The position numbers were made by a program, and so were the translations under genes. The notes below the pieces were generated by a model, which was given only the letters and a program-made list of their open reading frames with translations, did not search any database and was not told the DNA's origin. DNA of 63,938 bases, the filler included, from Choristocarpus tenellus KU-1152 (taxonomy: Eukaryota; Protista; Phaeophyceae): assembly GCA_964200185.2 (NCBI GenBank). It is 9 parts of 9 records of this genome, joined end to end, with 100 filler letters (N's around TTAATTAATTAA, not from the genome) between each part and the next. Parts side by side here need not be neighbours in the genome. Positions count along the whole stretch, not along the records: positions 41,961 to 63,938 come from CAXNAD020000313.1; 8 more parts are not named here. One strand, 5' to 3'. Of this stretch, positions 62,640 through 63,938 are shown piece by piece (position 1 is the first letter of the stretch; every line of letters begins with the position of its first letter).

Positions 62640-63938
62640 GAAAGTACTTCGAGACAGACAGGCAGGCTATAAACGATGCTTGAGGAGCAAGTGGTGTGAC
62701 CAGTGTCTACCTACGACCCTTATCATTCCCTATGCTGGTGTCAAGAACACCACATTCCTTCCCAAATACACAGGAGTTCGTCCTATCTGACCATCCCTAG
62801 GGACGAGGAGTTTAGTGGGTCATCTACGTAATGTCTATCCTAGTGCTCTTGGCGCCAACGATCCTTGCCTCTCTGACTCGACAGTAGCCGACAAGTAGCC
62901 TCGGGATTGCTGAGGCATAAATGAGTTGAGTGACCAATATTTCTCCTTGCCGAGCAATCCGGGTACTGAGTGAAAGTGAGTAAGAGCTTTTCCCTGTTCG
63001 TCCAATTGGGGCTTGGCCTCTCAGGTGTTTTTTTATGACATTTTCTCATTCCGAAATGTTTTGGAGTAGGTAAAATGCATACGTTATGAAACGTTGTGTC
63101 CGGAACAAGGAATTTGGCGCTTCCTACCAAACACGATAGCCAAAATTACATCAAAATCGGAACATTGGATTTTGGCCCCCAAATGGAACCGGCTCTACTC
63201 TCTAAGATACTTCGACTCCACTGACAAATGTTGTGTGGTGGGGTAGTACAATGGTGACCTATACAATTACTTGCCATAGCAGGGGTGCCGGTAGGCGGAG
63301 GTAGATACCTGGGCTGTGAGGTTGAACGACTAATAGCATGGGCTGATACAGATGGTATTGCTGATGACTGGACTGAAGAACATGTTGTAATTGGTTCTTC
63401 CTCCCAGTAATCCACCGTAGTGCATACACGTTGGTTCATTCATTATGAGATGCGTGGAGGACAGCACCAGAGTAAGTGGTGGGGAGAGAGGATCGACCAG
63501 ACAAGATATTGAACTCGGACGTTTTGCCCGATCACGGGCCTGAGCAAATGTAGCAGCAGGCTCTTCATGGATCTACTCAAGATGTATTTTGAGGAGTAAG
63601 TCATTTTCCATGAGCGCAACTTTCAATTGCTCAACGACTTCAGTGGTAGTATCTACAATATCAGATGGAAGTTTGGTACGACGAACATTCTCCAGAAAAC
63701 AATTCATGGCAGTGGTACATCGTGGCGTATATTGGTCTGCAGAGTCACTATCTCCTTGTTTCAGGGACGTTTGCCTACGGACAGACACACGCAATAATTG
63801 TGCCATTGTGAATGTATTGAGTAATTAATCCTGTACATCTTCCGACGAGGTAGGAGGAGTAATGGGGATGAGATGTTCGTAGATAGTGCTGCTGGTACAC
63901 TGTAGACACCATCGGTGGAGTAGATTAGGAAATGCAGA
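62640..63938 (-). mobile_element. Ty3/gypsy gag relic, same family as 44500-46250
   Basis: SLKQGDSDSADQY..R (retrotransposon gag). CCHC knuckle CQYPDC...GHSTHLC after MITE removal. actcctcgtcccta(g/a)ggatg(g/a)tcagat is shared with about 45555. Confidence 0.7.
62968..63218 (-). mobile_element. MITE family A inserted in the gag zinc knuckle
   Basis: tact|gagtgaaagt ... ctctaagatacttcgactc|cact (TSD with one mismatch). Confidence 0.9.

Noticed and set aside
62964-63222. Second case of a spliceable MITE (ctc|ag in gag sense)
   Set aside because: An acceptor is created, but the adjacent GT dinucleotides do not restore the frame, and gag is otherwise decayed.

Overview
Eukaryotic nuclear DNA, most likely an ochrophyte or brown alga. 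This is inferred from GT-AG introns, an ASAF-like bipartite plastid leader, CDPK-type EF-hands and TTAGGG motifs. The window is nine contigs joined by artificial 100-bp N/TTAATTAATTAA/N linkers. Host genes: a complete 4-exon histidine phosphatase (CA1Pase-like), a convergent 3-exon AKAP7-like 2H phosphoesterase, and partial CDPK-type EF-hand and cathepsin B genes. Most of the rest is transposon-derived. This includes several related MITE families with GAG/GAC...CTC/GTC TIRs and 4-bp TSDs (Sola-like, often nested), an intron-containing Sola/DUF7869-like transposase, two copies of an SDGC..QFKN/HGK..DG transposase, and Ty3/gypsy and copia relics. Two observations stand out. (1) A ~1.2-kb scrambled mosaic of bacterial, Rickettsiales-like mobile DNA (group II intron 5' end, IS630 fragment, F-type traD fragment) is contiguous with host genes. 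(2) A MITE insertion whose end plus TSD creates a CAG acceptor could be spliced out in frame, i.e. introner-like intron birth. All homology calls come from motif recognition by eye; no searches were run.
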